From: the human T2T-CHM13v2.0 reference genome, Homo sapiens | Direction: 5' to 3' (one strand) | NCBI RefSeq assembly: GCF_009914755.1 | Contig: NC_060936.1 | DNA length: 64,000 bases | Shown: positions 17,316 to 33,520 of the stretch, one piece after another | Numbering within the stretch: the stretch's first letter is position 1 | How the letters are laid out: each line of letters starts with the position of its first letter | Notes under the pieces: model-generated | Database searches by the model: none | What the model was told of the DNA's origin: nothing | What the model saw: only the letters and a program-made list of their open reading frames with translations | Translations under genes and position numbers: made by a program

Positions 17316-17435
17316 TCAACTGTATACATAAACTACCACAGCAGAATGAATAACATTAAATGCACTGTTTGATCCTTTGAGTACAATTCTGCACTGCAGT
17401 AAGCGCATTTAAGCCAATACTACACAGTTAAATAG

Positions 17436-17790
<355 letters not shown>

Positions 17791-18199
17791 AGTTTTTTTC
17801 GGTTAAACCAAATTTTACTCCTGATACACTGACCAATATTTTTAGACCTTCAGAAATGAGTACTTTCTTTACATATTAACATTATAATTTTATATTTCCA
17901 TTTTGTCTAAAAGACAACAATCTTTGAAGGCCACACCCCTTTTCTCTCCATTTTCACTAACAAGTTAGTACAGCTCACATGCAATTAAACAGTCTCAATA
18001 ATGCCAAGTTACTGTCCCTCCAAGTTGGCCTACAAACTGCTCTAGATTGCTCTCACACAAATACCACCAAAACTGTATAGCTCCAATATTTGAAACCTTT
18101 TACACTTTTTATTATCTACTATATCAAAATGTATTCTTGATTGCTTCTAAGCCTACTCTGACCTTAATTTACCAACTCGGTGTTGTTCCTCCTAATTCC

Positions 18200-19085
18200 A
18201 TCACTTTATTCAATTTAAGAGTATGATAATACGGGAAGAAATACAGAAATGAAAAAAAACACGGCCTCTCTGGAGCACAACGCCAGCCAAAAGAGGGAGA
18301 GACCTGAAAATAATTAATTACAACATAACATATTAAATACTACAGTATACATAAATACTATATAGCAGAACCACCATAACTGTCAGAATGGAACAAAGAT
18401 CACGTTGGAGAAAGAGACGTTTGGGCTTAAAAATGAGAATTTCTCTACAAGTGTCATAGCATTGTAATATCAACATACCAGTTTCTTCATCTTTGTATCC
18501 TAGCCCCTACCATAGTGTCTAGTACAGAGTAGGCAGGTACTTCAGACATGGATGGATGAATGGACGGCAGTACGGAAAAAAGGATAAAATAAGATACATA
18601 TATAAACATAAAGAAAGAATATGGTTAGATTAAAATGGGACAAAACTGGAGCCAGTAAATCAGATAAGACATTCCAAAACCCTTACGTAAGAAAGTGACA
18701 CAGGAAAAAATAAATTTAAAAGATATTTAGGAATTAAAATTAACAGGACTTGGTGTGACTAACTGGACTAAGGGGAAATGAGCATAACAGAAAAGCGTAA
18801 GAAAGAAGCTGCCAAAGTTTTTGGCTTACGTGACTAGGCTGACAGTGGTACCATTCACTGAAATTGGGAACAGAAATAGGGGATTCGAGTTCAGTTTAGG
18901 TAAGGGAGCACTAAGGCAATATCGAGTAGGAAGCTGGAATGCAACTCAGAAAAAGAGGTCTAGATTAGAAATAAAGAGGTGGAGATTATTGCATATGGGT
19001 GATGAGAACAAAGCCCTAAATATAGACCAGATTGCCAGGAACACATAAAACCTGGAAAGAAGGCTGTGGACAGAATACTCAGACA
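18200..19085. mobile_element. L2 fragments
   Basis: L2 3' end (CATAGTGTCTAGTACAGAGTAGG...GGATGAATG) and GGTACCATTCACTGAAATTGGGAAC motifs. Confidence 0.6.
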
Positions 19086-19282
19086 ACCAACATTGCTGTT
19101 ATCTTATATGTTACAATATTGCCACATTAAATTATATTGTTACAACACAGATAACGGCTAATACAATATTGAGGACGTAACAAATGCTTTAAAAATACCA
19201 ACTGCAAACCTGAGTTAATTGAAAAATTAAATTTATTAACTCAAATTGAGACATAAAGGACCACTTCTTAAAACCAATTTAA

Positions 19283-19579
19283 GGCCAGGCACAGTGGCTC
19301 ACACCTGTAATCCCAGCACTTTGGGAAGCTGAGGCGGGTGGATCACGAGGTCAGGAGTTCAACACCAGCCTGGCCAAGATAGTGAAACCTCATCTCTACT
19401 AAAAACTACAAAAATTAGCAGGGCATAGTGGCAGACACCTGTAATTCCACCTACTCGAGAGGCTGAGGCAGGGAGAATCGCTTGAACCCGGGAGGTGGAG
19501 GTTGCAGTGAGCCAAGATTGTGCCATTGTACTCCAGCCTGTGAGGCTCCGCCTCAAAAAAAAAAAAAAAAAAAAAAAAA
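19283..19579 (+). mobile_element. AluSg-like
   Basis: Alu consensus plus long A-tail. Confidence 0.92.
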
Positions 19580-19651
19580 GCTAATTTAATAGGTCAGACT
19601 CAAGGTGCTTAAGTCTAAGGAATCCAATTTTACTTCAGAATCAGTAAAAAA

Positions 19652-19960
<309 letters not shown>

Positions 19961-20165
19961 CTCAATGAAAAGCTTCTTTTTCCACCAGAAATAACATTAC
20001 AAGTCAATAATATAAAATACTAAAATCTAAGTTGTTATACTTCAAAAAATGTTTATTCTAAAATAATACTAAAAAACACATATTAACTAATTTAAAGAAG
20101 AGCAAGTCTAAATTTGGAGTGATAAGGGCTTCAATGCTGTTACTTGATAGTTTCTCACAAGTATA

Positions 20166-20486
<321 letters not shown>

Positions 20487-20730
20487 TTACATTATTGAAT
20501 ATTAACACATACTAATAACAAACATTACCCATCAATTATAAGAATAGTAGATTAATATGACTTGAGAAGGCCAAAGTTAGTAACTGAACTAGAATACAAT
20601 GAAAGAGAAATTATCTTTGGGTCCTTTTCCCTTGTTTACAAACATGTACACAAAATGTAGAGTATTCTTGAACATATTTACACTAACAAATGCATAAAAA
20701 GAAACAAAAATGTGTTATTAAAAGGTAGAG

Positions 20731-21374
<644 letters not shown>

Positions 21375-21589
21375 ATATAAATGTTTTAAATTTTTTTAGC
21401 ATCTTGATTTTTAATTCATTTTGAGCAACATGTCCTACCTTACATATTTTATATACTGCAATCTTTTAATGTAGTAAAACCAGTTCAATGTACTTTAAAT
21501 CGCATTTTGATGAGCTTTTCTAATATCTCACTCATTGTTTATAGAGTGCAGACAGTAACATTGACTTTTTAACATCTCATCCTCATGGA

Positions 21590-21790
21590 GACAGTGTAGA
21601 GTAGTGGTTTGAATGCCTAAACTGGAATGTCAATGTTACCACAGAGGTCGGTCCCTGGAAACAATGACTTAACCTAAGGTCTTTGTTTCTTCATTTGAAA
21701 ACAGGCAGAATACCTATATGAAGCGCTTATTGTGAGGATTTCACAAAATAATACTTAGCATAGTGCCTAGTAGAGGAGGTAAATAATTAA
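21590..21790 (+). mobile_element. MIR
   Basis: ACTTAACC...TTTCTTCATTTGAAAA...TTGTGAGGATT...GCATAGTGCCT core. Confidence 0.7.
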
Positions 21791-21814
21791 CGTTAATTTC
21801 TTTCACAAAGTTTA

Positions 21815-22192
21815 TGTTATGGACTGAAGATCTGTGTACCCCCAAAATTCACATGTTGAAGTCCAAACCTCCCAGTGTGATGGCTATTAGAGGTGGACCT
21901 TTGGGAAGTAATTAGGTTTAGATTAGGTCCTAAGAGTGAGACCCTCTCATGACGGGATTTGTGCCCTTTTAAGTAGAAAAGAAAAAGACATCCTCACCTC
22001 TCCCTCCCCTCCCTCCCACTTCACCTGCAGACAGGGAGGAAAGGACTTAAGAGTGCCCAGGGAGAAGACAGCTGAGAGGGCAGGTGCTTAGCTGATTTCA
22101 GACTTCCAGCCCCGGACCTGTGAGAAAATACGTCTGTGTTTTAAGCCACCTCAATGTATGGTATTTTGTTATAGTACCCCAAGTAAAATAAG
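21815..22192 (+). mobile_element. MLT1A-type MaLR solo LTR
   Basis: TGTTATGGACTGAA...CCCCAAAATTCACATGTTGAAGTCC...TTAAGCCACC...TATGGTATTTTGTTATAG. Confidence 0.88.
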
Positions 22193-25100
22193 GTGATATC
22201 AAAAAATATTTTCAAAAGGAGACTTTGGAGAGCAAGATAATTTTCACCTCATCCCAATATGCCATAGATCTGTAAATCTACATCCTCAAACAGTATTCAG
22301 TATTGCAGGTTACTGCAGAACACGGTAACATTACTTATTAGATTTACTGGTAGATGTCTATTGATTTTCCATGTTGGCCAACAGGGAGAGGCAGACAGGC
22401 TGGGAACAATAAACTACACTGAGGTATATTCAATACACTTCTCTGGCCCTTGGCAATTCCTCTTGCCAGGTCAATATTTTGCAGATATCAAAAGTAACCA
22501 CCAACTAACTATATTGGAAGCAAAATAATGACAAAGAATCCACTGATGACAATAAAAATTCTTAAAAGCCAGTCTAACTGGTCCTCTCCCCATCAGTTCA
22601 AAGAAATTGCCAACATTGTAGATTGAATGCTAGTGAACTACACTAGGTTCGCTATTACAGGCAGTTTTTTTAACTTCAAAAATGCTACATAAAGCACATT
22701 TTTAAATGCCATAAACCTATTGTTTATCTTCTGCATTTAAAATGCAAAATGCCATTATCACTTTATGAAATATACTTTAAATACCGATTTCCTGTTTAAA
22801 AGTTTAGGCAAAAATTATCCATTCAAAATTCAAAAGAACCTAAAACTATTCATCCTTCCCATGTATGAAAACTGAGACAATTTTTTAAACAGGTAAAATT
22901 CCCTAGAGAATATAATTTTTACAATATAGCAATAAAGTAATTATCCATCCTGAAAGTCTAAAACAAACAAAACAAACAAACAAACAAAAAATACAAAGAA
23001 CATCCTGGAAATCTAAATGCCATGTAAAAGAATGCTAGCCCATGACGGTAAAATTTTCTAAAGACTAGGAAACATCAATAAAGATTCAAAATGTAATGTC
23101 TTATAAATATTCAGCATTAGTAGACAATAACAAAGAAAATCATAGGGTAAAAATTTTTGTGTTCACAGATAACTGTTATAATATTAAGGGACATCGTCAT
23201 CTCCACTTTTGAATAGCTACCCCAGTTGCCATTACAGCTTCCATTGTTCAAAATAAAATAGTTGCATTGTTTTTCAGTGAAAGGAAAGAAGGAAAATATT
23301 GCTGAAAATAAGGAAAAAAACAAGCCTCAACAAAGCAACAAAATGATTTTATATGCCATCTAGTTTCACCATAATTGTAGGACTGAACTGGTATCTGAAA
23401 ACTAAATATATCAACAAACATATACGTTAAAATCTGCGCTTAGTCAACATAGCTATCCCTGTGCTACCGGGCAAATAAAATTTAAATTTTCTATTTTTTT
23501 TTTTATTAAAGCAATGACTTATTAGAGACTACTGGTATATGAAGCTGCAATACACATGGGGATCAATTCCTCCAATTTCATGTTTCCTTACTATGTATGT
23601 ATCTCTTTTTGTTTTTTCATTCTGGTAACCAGAGTACATATGACAGGCTGCATTATTTCAAATACCTAACACTGAAAGTTACTTTCTGGCCTGAATCTAA
23701 GGATGAGAATGATACATTTTATAGAAGCTTCTTTTAGTACAGCAATAGGCAAATTACGATATTAACAAGACTTTAATTCTACATTTACATTTTTTTCTCA
23801 TTGTAAATGTAATGTGAAACTTATAAAATACAGGAAAAAAATGTTTAATCACCAATAAATCCCACCATTCGTAAACCTTGCTACTTTTTGGTAGATTTCC
23901 ATCTAGTAACACTGAAGGTTCAATTTTCTAATTCGATACTGATAAATATGCAGGAAAAAAAATCAATGGAGCCTCAATATGGCCTTTCAATAAATGTACA
24001 TAAAACAACAATTATTAATTATATGACCTGTTAATTTCACAAAAGTCTCTAAAATGTTTTAAGTGGTGGAGTAGGGTAAGGAGTCCATAATTCAGACACT
24101 AGCCCTCAAACTGAAATCTCTTCCACAATGTTTGTATGTCAACCCTTTAACGGCAGTGAGCAGCAAGCTATGACTGTTCGTACAGTGATATCAACATTAA
24201 TGTCTCTATATTAAACAGGCTTTGCTTTTATTTTCTTTCCATTTATACTTCAATAGTGTTTTATTTTCACTGTAAAAATAAATAATAACCTATATTTGCA
24301 TAGTAATTTTACATAAGCTTAAATTCAAAGACTCCCGTTTTTTTTTAAGCCAACCATTCAAACTGTTAGTGCTTCTGGCCTATGAGATGGTTTACCAGAT
24401 AAAGTAACATTCTTTATATTCCAATATTCTCTCTCATAACATAAAAAAGAATTTAAGGAATATCCCTTAGTCACATTTTCTTTTGTTCCAACCCACTGTT
24501 TATGGAAGCATGCAGATGTTAAGAGTTGCAAAAATTGAAATGACTTCATTAACAAAGCAACATCCCAACGTTTAATGTCAACTCCTCAGACTCATAAAAA
24601 AATGAAACAAAACCAATTATATTACCACTAGCAAATTTTTTCCCCTTAAAATCTAGTTTCGTCTTATTTCTAGTTTCAAGGCAAGCTTTGTCTACTCAAG
24701 GTATCAAAGGTCTTCAAATCTCATTCATTTTCTTCTGCCCAAGAGTTAAGAAAGTAAGTCTAAAACAGAACAAGCCAGATTTGTTGCTGTGATCTTCTCA
24801 CACGAACGCCTTTTAAAAGAAATCTTTCAACAAAGACTCAAAAAAGAAACAGCAAAGTTTGGGGAAAGAATTGTCTGTCTTTAGGTCAAGCATTTCCTGA
24901 TAAGTGACTGAAGGTCTGGCTGCCAGGAATACACTTTGCTGACCCTAGGAATGGCCAAGTCTCAAAACAAAATTTGCCTCTTCTGTATCTTGAAAGTGAC
25001 CTGTTAGGACCTGATGTCAATTTGACGAAGAGGTGATAGAACATGACCAACGAGGTGTCTTTGGTGGACATATTCATGTAAAGGAGGCGAGAGCCACAGA

Positions 25101-26185
25101 TTTCAGCTAAACGCTTTTTGCCACTTTTGCAAAAGAAAAGCTAATTGTTAACGGCCATGTGACATTATAGATCCCAGAAAAGGAAAGGGTGGGAGGAAGA
25201 GAGAGAAGTTCAAGGCAGTTCAGGGTCAGAACAAGCTCAGACATCCTGTCATTAACAAATGTTCCCCAAGCTGAAAGCAAAATACTGCTTACCCGAAAAG
25301 GAGTGGGTGAAAAGTAGGGGGAGAACGAGGGAAAAACCACAGGAGAGTCAATGTGGCAGTGTGGGGGTGACAGGAGGGAGGGAATCTGGAGCTATCCAGC
25401 TGAGTTGGGGAGCAAAAGCATCGGGCATAGCATCGGGCACAAAAATGCTGAGAAAAGCAACTGCGACGGAGACAGCACTAGGCACCCTCCTCCCCCCATT
25501 TTCCCCTCCCCATCGGTTTGCTGGGTTTCCCACCTTCCCTCTACCTCCGCTCTTGACCAACACTCCGGGGTGTGACCCGCCAGCAGGAGGCTGCCCTGAT
25601 CTTTGTCTCTACCCGCTCCCACGCGCGGGCTCCTCCTCCTCCTCCGCGCTCCCCACCCGCGCACAGCGCCAGCGTCTCCAAGGAGCTGCAGGCGCCGCGA
25701 CCGCCGCCTCCTCGCCCACCTCCCGCGGACCCGCGCCCCTTCCTTCCCCTCCCGGGCAGCGTCGCCTGCGCCTCCAGCTCCACCCCCGCCGAGGGGACCT
25801 TTGTGTCTCGGGGGACTTTCTGCCTCTTTCCCCTCCTCCGCCTCGCGAGGAGACCGGCCTCCCCCGCAGACCAAAGCGGCAGCGAGCACCGGAGGCGGCG
25901 GCGTCTATATCTGTCGGCGCCTCCTGGGAAGCAGCTCGCAGACACTCACACCCCACCCGAGCCCCGGAAATCCCCGGGCGACCCAAGGTCCTCGCTGGAC
26001 CGGAGAGGTGACAGGCGCACGCTAGCCCCCCGCGCCGCGCCTCCTCGCTCAACTTCCCGACCGGGCCTGAGCCACCCGCGCCCCCAGTAGCCCCCGCCCC
26101 CGCCTCTGTCCCACGCAGCCTCCCGGCCCCGCGGCCGACCCGACACCAGGGGAAAGCGCGGCGCGGACGCCAGCCGCCAACTCAC

Positions 26186-26680
26186 CAGCAAGAGCGGGGA
26201 CCGCGGGTCCCGAGGCGAGGCGAAGAGAGGCGCGGGGGGAAGCTGCTCCGCGGACGCCCGCGGCGACCGGATGCAAGTCCGGGTCTCAGCGGCCGGCAGA
26301 CGTGAGGCGCTTCCGAGCGCAGGCCTCCGCCGCCACAGCCGCCTTCCGGCTCTCGCCGCGGGTCCGGAGCCTCGGGAGGGGCCGCGGGTGTCTCACGCGT
26401 TGCCAAGTCCCTCGGTCAACATGGCTCCCGCGCCGACGAGCCGCGCGGACGGCCCACTAATCCCCTCGGAGCAGCCGGGCGCGAGCGCGGCGGGCGCCGA
26501 CGGCGGGCTGAGACTGTCTGGCCGGGCGCTGGCTCCTTCTCCGCGGCTCTGCGGCGGCCCGCGGGGAGCTCAGGAGACTGCGGGCGGCCGCGTTCGCTCC
26601 TTGCGTGTGCGTCGCTTTCACACTCGGCGGCTGCGGATTGACGCCTCCGCCTGTTCCCCGGAGGAGAGCGAGTGCAAGAG
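26186..26680 (-). other. CDK17: Non-coding exon 1 (5'UTR) of minus-strand gene, probably CDK17; 5' end approximate
   Basis: GC-rich leader inside the CpG island, ending ...CCCCGCTCTTGCTG|GTGAGT (consensus 5' splice site), with GC boxes upstream on the minus strand. The sequence and the 7SK pseudogene ~27 kb upstream fit my recollection of the CDK17 locus. Confidence 0.72.
26393..26422 (-). other. uORF MLTEGLGNA* in exon 1
   Basis: Minus strand reads GGAGCC ATG TTG ACC GAG GGA CTT GGC AAC GCG TGA. It is the only AUG in 26186-26700 on this strand; purine at -3. Confidence 0.65.
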
Positions 26681-26810
26681 AAAAAACACTTTTATTGAAA
26701 CGATCCAACCAGCGGCGGCGGAGAAAAGCGACCGGCCGCGGGAGCTTACCCCACCCCCGCCTGAGCGGCTCGCCGGGGGCAGCGCGACCCCTGCCGGCGG
26801 CGGCGGAGGC

Positions 26811-26857
26811 GGGGGCGGGGCCGGCGGCCGGGGGCGGGGCCTGCAGGGCGGGGCGGG
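26811..26857 (+). promoter_or_regulatory. Cluster of Sp/KLF GC boxes and G-quadruplex motif
   Basis: GGGGCGGGG at 26812-26820 and 26831-26839, GGGCGGGGCGGG at 26846-26857; seven G-tracts of 3 or more. Confidence 0.8.
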
Positions 26858-27209
26858 TGTCCCCGGGAAACTGCCCGCTCCGAAATGCGGGCGTCGGGGG
26901 AGCGGCGGAGGGGGCCAGGGGACCCCACCGGAATGAGTGCCTGTCCGCAGCGACTGGGGGAGAAATTATGTGAATAATTCAGCCCCTCCAACATCCCCCT
27001 GCCCCTCAACTTCCCGCTACCAAACCAAAACTCGTGCTTCAGTTATACAAGTAATTACTGTACAAGGTGTCCATGCCACAGTTCTCCACTGACTTTCTAG
27101 AGAGTCCATGTCAAAGGACCCACACTGAAAGATGTTGATGGCTGCAACTTTTCTCCTTTGTTGTGTGTGGGTACGTGGGTACTAGTGCCGCAGTCTCTCA
27201 CACACACGG

Positions 27210-27380
27210 CATCTATTCATTTAAACTACAGTACAGTGTTTTGTATATATTATCATGTGCCCGGCAATATGCTGAGTCCTCTAAGGACGGAGAGTCTAGC
27301 TGGGATGAAAGATGATCAATAACTATCATAAAAATCTGAACGTTATGAGCGGAGAAATACAAGGTGCTATGAAAACAGAA
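27210..27380 (-). mobile_element. L2 3' fragment
   Basis: ATTCATT...ATGTGCCCGGCA...ATGCTGAG motif. Confidence 0.5.
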
Positions 27381-28427
27381 AGGACTACTGTTGCACGGGT
27401 TAGGTTTTGTTTTCTTGGGGGAGGCGGGCCGCGAGAGGTTGGCCCAGTTTCTGCAACTGTTTTTACTTTCTCCTTTCCCAGAGGCTAAAAGCTAGTTCAG
27501 GAATGAACAGCAGAGTGGCAGTGAAGACAAACTAAAGTAATACTGACCCACTTTTTTCCACTAATAAGGATAAAAGCATAAAGTTAAAACAAACTTAAAC
27601 CCCTAGAGGGAGATAATGAGAGGATTGAAAGAAGAGAGTAGGGACCGGATGTAGACAACATAAACAAGAAAAAAAAACCCACATAAAAGTCCTGTGAAGT
27701 GAGATAAATTTTTTTTCCCATGTTAACACCCGGAAGTAGAAGCTGCTTTGAAGTTTCAAATCACATTATGTGCTAAGAACTTCGGGGAATTATCTTTTTG
27801 GATTTAGGGATGAATCCTTTCCCCCTTAAAAATGCTGCATGCTGACATCTTTCTCTTATTTTGTTTGGCAAAGTTAAATGCATCTACAGTTATATCCAAC
27901 GATCGTACGTGTCAATCAGGCTTTTCCCATGCCTCTAAAATTACCAGGACCCGTAAATTAGCAACAATTATGCTCTACGCGTATTTAACACTTGTTTACC
28001 AACCAAGAATGCAAATATACATAACAAGCTTTCCGTTAGAACAAGTGCGCTTTGTTTAAAAGCACTGTTAATGAGGCTTTTTAGATTTGTCCAAGTCAAA
28101 CTTGGAACTTTATAATATAGCAAGATGTAGCATCATTTTCAGAGTTCTTTTTAAGTTAAAGAGAAACACTGATATTTATACAAGGCCTATTTATATGAAA
28201 GGATTTTCATATACTTGCCTCATCTAAATTAGTACTTTAGTAAATATCAAAAAATCACCAAAAAAGGGAGTCTATGAAATGGCATTCTGAGTTTCAGCAT
28301 TAATACTTATACCTTCATATCATTAGATTAACATTACTCCATGAGAAATAAAAAGATTATTCTGTCTCATCCAAAGCACCCTCTCCTCTTTCTACATCTT
28401 TCATTAGCATAACAAAGAATTCGTAAT

Positions 28428-28551
28428 TGGGAGGCTGAGGTGGGAGGATCCATTAAGCCTGGGAGGCGGAGTTTGCGGTGAGCTGAGATTCTGCCACTGC
28501 ACGCCAACCTGGGTGACAGAGTGAGACACCGTCTCAAAAAGAAAAAAAAAA
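28428..28551 (+). mobile_element. Alu right-arm fragment
   Basis: Alu 3' half plus A-tail; TSD-like GAATTC(G/A)TAAT. Confidence 0.88.
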
Positions 28552-28602
28552 GACGAATTCATAATGAAAACTTAGGTGATTATTTGATTGATTGGTTTGT
28601 TA

Positions 28603-28900
<298 letters not shown>

Positions 28901-28964
28901 AGGATTTGTTCTTTCAATGAAAAAAAAAATTACAGATTGCACAATATTTATTTCATTACTTTTC

Positions 28965-29398
<434 letters not shown>

Positions 29399-29424
29399 CC
29401 ATGGCCTATTTAATTACTTTTCTA

Positions 29425-29760
<336 letters not shown>

Positions 29761-30280
29761 TTAGTTGTTTTTTCCGTAGGTTGTAATATAGGCTTTTTTT
29801 TTTACCTTGTAAAACTATGTTAAATTATAAAATTACTTAGAATATTTCCCTAACTGTCATTAATAGATATTCCATAGTGCTTAGTGGAGGAGAAAGATTG
29901 AGGAAGAATTCCAAGATCAAATCCACTTGAGGAATGCCACATACTTTATCTCCCTTTTGGAAATTCACAATATACATTTACGTATTTAAGGCTCTTAGAA
30001 GTTCTGAGATTGAAAAATAATCTTCTTTCCAGTGAAACAAGTATATCCCAAAATGTTTTCACCATAGAATAGCTATATCATGTGACATATATAAAAATAT
30101 TGAGGGGAGAAAATTTTGAAGGTCATTGAACTTTGGACAAAGAGAGTTAAATGTGGTAAGTCCAGAAAATCTTTGCTGGGATTCACATTCTGAAAATGAC
30201 ACTGTCTGGGAAACAAATATGAAACTTTCAGGTAAGATACAAACAAGAAACACTTAAGCTGGTTTTCAATTGCTCTACAT

Positions 30281-30439
30281 CAGTGGTTCTCAGCAGTGTT
30301 ACCTGGGAATTTCTTAGAAATGCAAATTCTCAGTTCCCGCTCCAGACCAACTGAATCAGAAACTCTAGTGTGGGGCCCAGCAAACTGTTTACAGAGATTT
30401 TCTAAGATTCTGCTGAACAATAAAGTTTGAGAATCACTG
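30281..30439. mobile_element. MER5A hAT-Charlie MITE
   Basis: TIRs CAGTGGTTCTCA / TGAGAATCACTG; degenerate 8-bp TSD CTCTACAT / CTCTATAC. Confidence 0.88.
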
Positions 30440-31474
30440 CTCTATACAACATCAATACATAGCTTTGTTTACAAAACAATTTTCCATATGTCTGAATTTC
30501 TGGACTATTTCTAATTATTTCATATTCCTTAAAAATTCTCAAAGAAATTAGATTACTGACCAAATAGAAAAAACACTTTTTGTCTGGGTTCATTCCCTGT
30601 TTTACTAGGCTGAATCATATAGGAAGTCTGTGTGTTTGTTTGCTTGTTTTGCAAGAAGAATAAAGCAAATTAAGCTAAGGACAGCAATCAACAATTTTCC
30701 CCCAATAGCAAAATAATTTTACATTTGGCAAAAATGAAGCTGTAGGCAAGAAAGGAGTTTTGTCAAAGGCTTTTTAAAACCTGCTTCAAAAATGAAACAT
30801 CTAGCCAGGCCTTAACATTTATTTTTAATATTTTGTACCATCCCAACACCTGCAAAACAGCTATATACCATTGCATAATGATACAGTTGTACCCTGTCAC
30901 TTAAAGCTTAATGGTAGAGATTTTACAGAGCAGATCTATTTGATATTATCAGAATACCTCCATAGATTTACAAGTTACAAATTTGGGGAGGGAAAATTTC
31001 TTCCCTATTTACATGTAAAATTTCAAATTTGGTGTACCAGATTTAACCCTAGAGGATGAATAACATCTGAGACATTTGGTCTCGTCCAGGGAGCGTTATA
31101 AAAAGCTTTCAGCAGAGTGATGTCATGTGTCCTTACAAGGGAAATGAATCCAGGAACCAAACTGAATCTTGGCAGTTAAGGGGGACAAAATTTTCAAACA
31201 TTTTATTTTGAAATGAAAGTTTTCTCTAGTTGCTGACAAAATGCTTAGGGAGAGTTAGTTTCCAGGCTTCCAGTAAGACTGCATACACGTCTCTATTATG
31301 AGATTAAGATGGGATTAACTAGTTTTTTCTTCATTTCTTTTTTAAATGTAATATCAATACCTCTTAACTAGATTGATGTTCTGCCTCTGAGAAAAACCAG
31401 ATGTGGGTCTTAATCAAATACAATACATTTAAAGTTTATTTGAGCTTTTTAAAAAAAAATGAAGCATAACATGA

Positions 31475-31833
<359 letters not shown>

Positions 31834-31979
31834 TAAAAAAAAAAAAAGTTGGAAAGTGGGAACTGGGGCAGTATAGGTTTTCCCTTCTTAAGCAGGTTGA
31901 GAAGAAGAAGAATGTGGCAACTGGCCATTTCCCCAGGGGCTTGTGGGAATTATCACTATCTTTTTTCATCTTTTCATCT

Positions 31980-32264
31980 TTTGTTTCTTTTGAGACGGAG
32001 TCTCCCTCTGTCACCCAGGTTGGAGAGCAGTGGTGTGATCTCGGCTCACTTCAAGCTCCGCCACCTGGGTTCTAGTGATTCTCCTGCATCAGCCTCCCAA
32101 ATAGCTGGGATTGCAGGTGACTGCCACCACACACAGCTAATTTTTGGTAGAGGCAGGATTTCAGTATGTTGGCCAGGCTGGTCTCAAACTTCTGACCTCA
32201 AATGATCTGCCCACCTCTGCATCCCAAATTGCTGGGATTACTGGCGTGAGCCCCCTCGCCTGGC
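31980..32264 (-). mobile_element. AluS (first of tandem triplet)
   Basis: Alu consensus. Confidence 0.9.
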
Positions 32265-32271
32265 CTTTTTC

Positions 32272-32584
<313 letters not shown>

Positions 32585-32592
32585 TTTTCATC

Positions 32593-32970
<378 letters not shown>

Positions 32971-33344
32971 TAGGTAAGCTGATAGGACTGATTTGTAGTC
33001 TTCTAGTATTAGTAGTTCAGAAGTGCAAATTTCAGTAAACTAACTTTGCCTTGCCCTAGCCTACATGACTCCCAGGACCATCCTAGAATTGATATGATCT
33101 GTGAAGAAGACTAGAGCAAATATTTGGAATATAGATATTGGAAAAATGGAAAAATAAAAAACGAGGAAGAGGGGAAAGAAGACAAAAAAGGTAAGAAGCA
33201 GGGAAAAGGGAGAATTAAGTCTTATACAAGTTTTATTTCAGCAATAAGAAAGCTGCAGATGTTGTTAGTGTTAAGCTTCATGTAATAGAAAGAAAGAGTA
33301 GAAAAGCATAAATTAAGCAGGTCAGGGTTCTAGCCCTGAAGGAA

Positions 33345-33520
33345 CATTGCATAGTAATAGGGCTTTGCAATCAGTTGGATTGGATGGGAGTCCTAATTTT
33401 GTCACCATGAGATTTTGCTAAATTACTTAACTAAAAGTTTCTCCATATGTAAAATTGGGTTAACAGTTTACTTGCCAGGTTGTAAGGATTAAATAAGATA
33501 ATGAATGTAATGCATTGTAT
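33345..33520 (+). mobile_element. MIR
   Basis: AAATTACTTAAC...AGTTTCTCCATATGTAAAATTGGG...TGTAAGGATTAAATAAGATAAT. Confidence 0.7.

Larger units (their letters stand above)
25560..26950. promoter_or_regulatory. CpG island / promoter
   Basis: About 1.4 kb of very high GC with dense undepleted CpG, in sharp contrast to the AT-rich CpG-poor flanks. Confidence 0.95.

Noticed and set aside
25259-27009. Long overlapping ORFs (up to 250 aa) on both strands in the CpG island
   Set aside because: Stop codons are rare in very GC-rich DNA. The products are low-complexity P/A/G/R, several start at non-ATG codons, and none resembles a known protein.
26950-27200. Divergent plus-strand lncRNA first exon (TGG|GTACGT near 27170)
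   Set aside because: Only a donor-like hexamer is visible; there is no supporting exon structure in the sequence.
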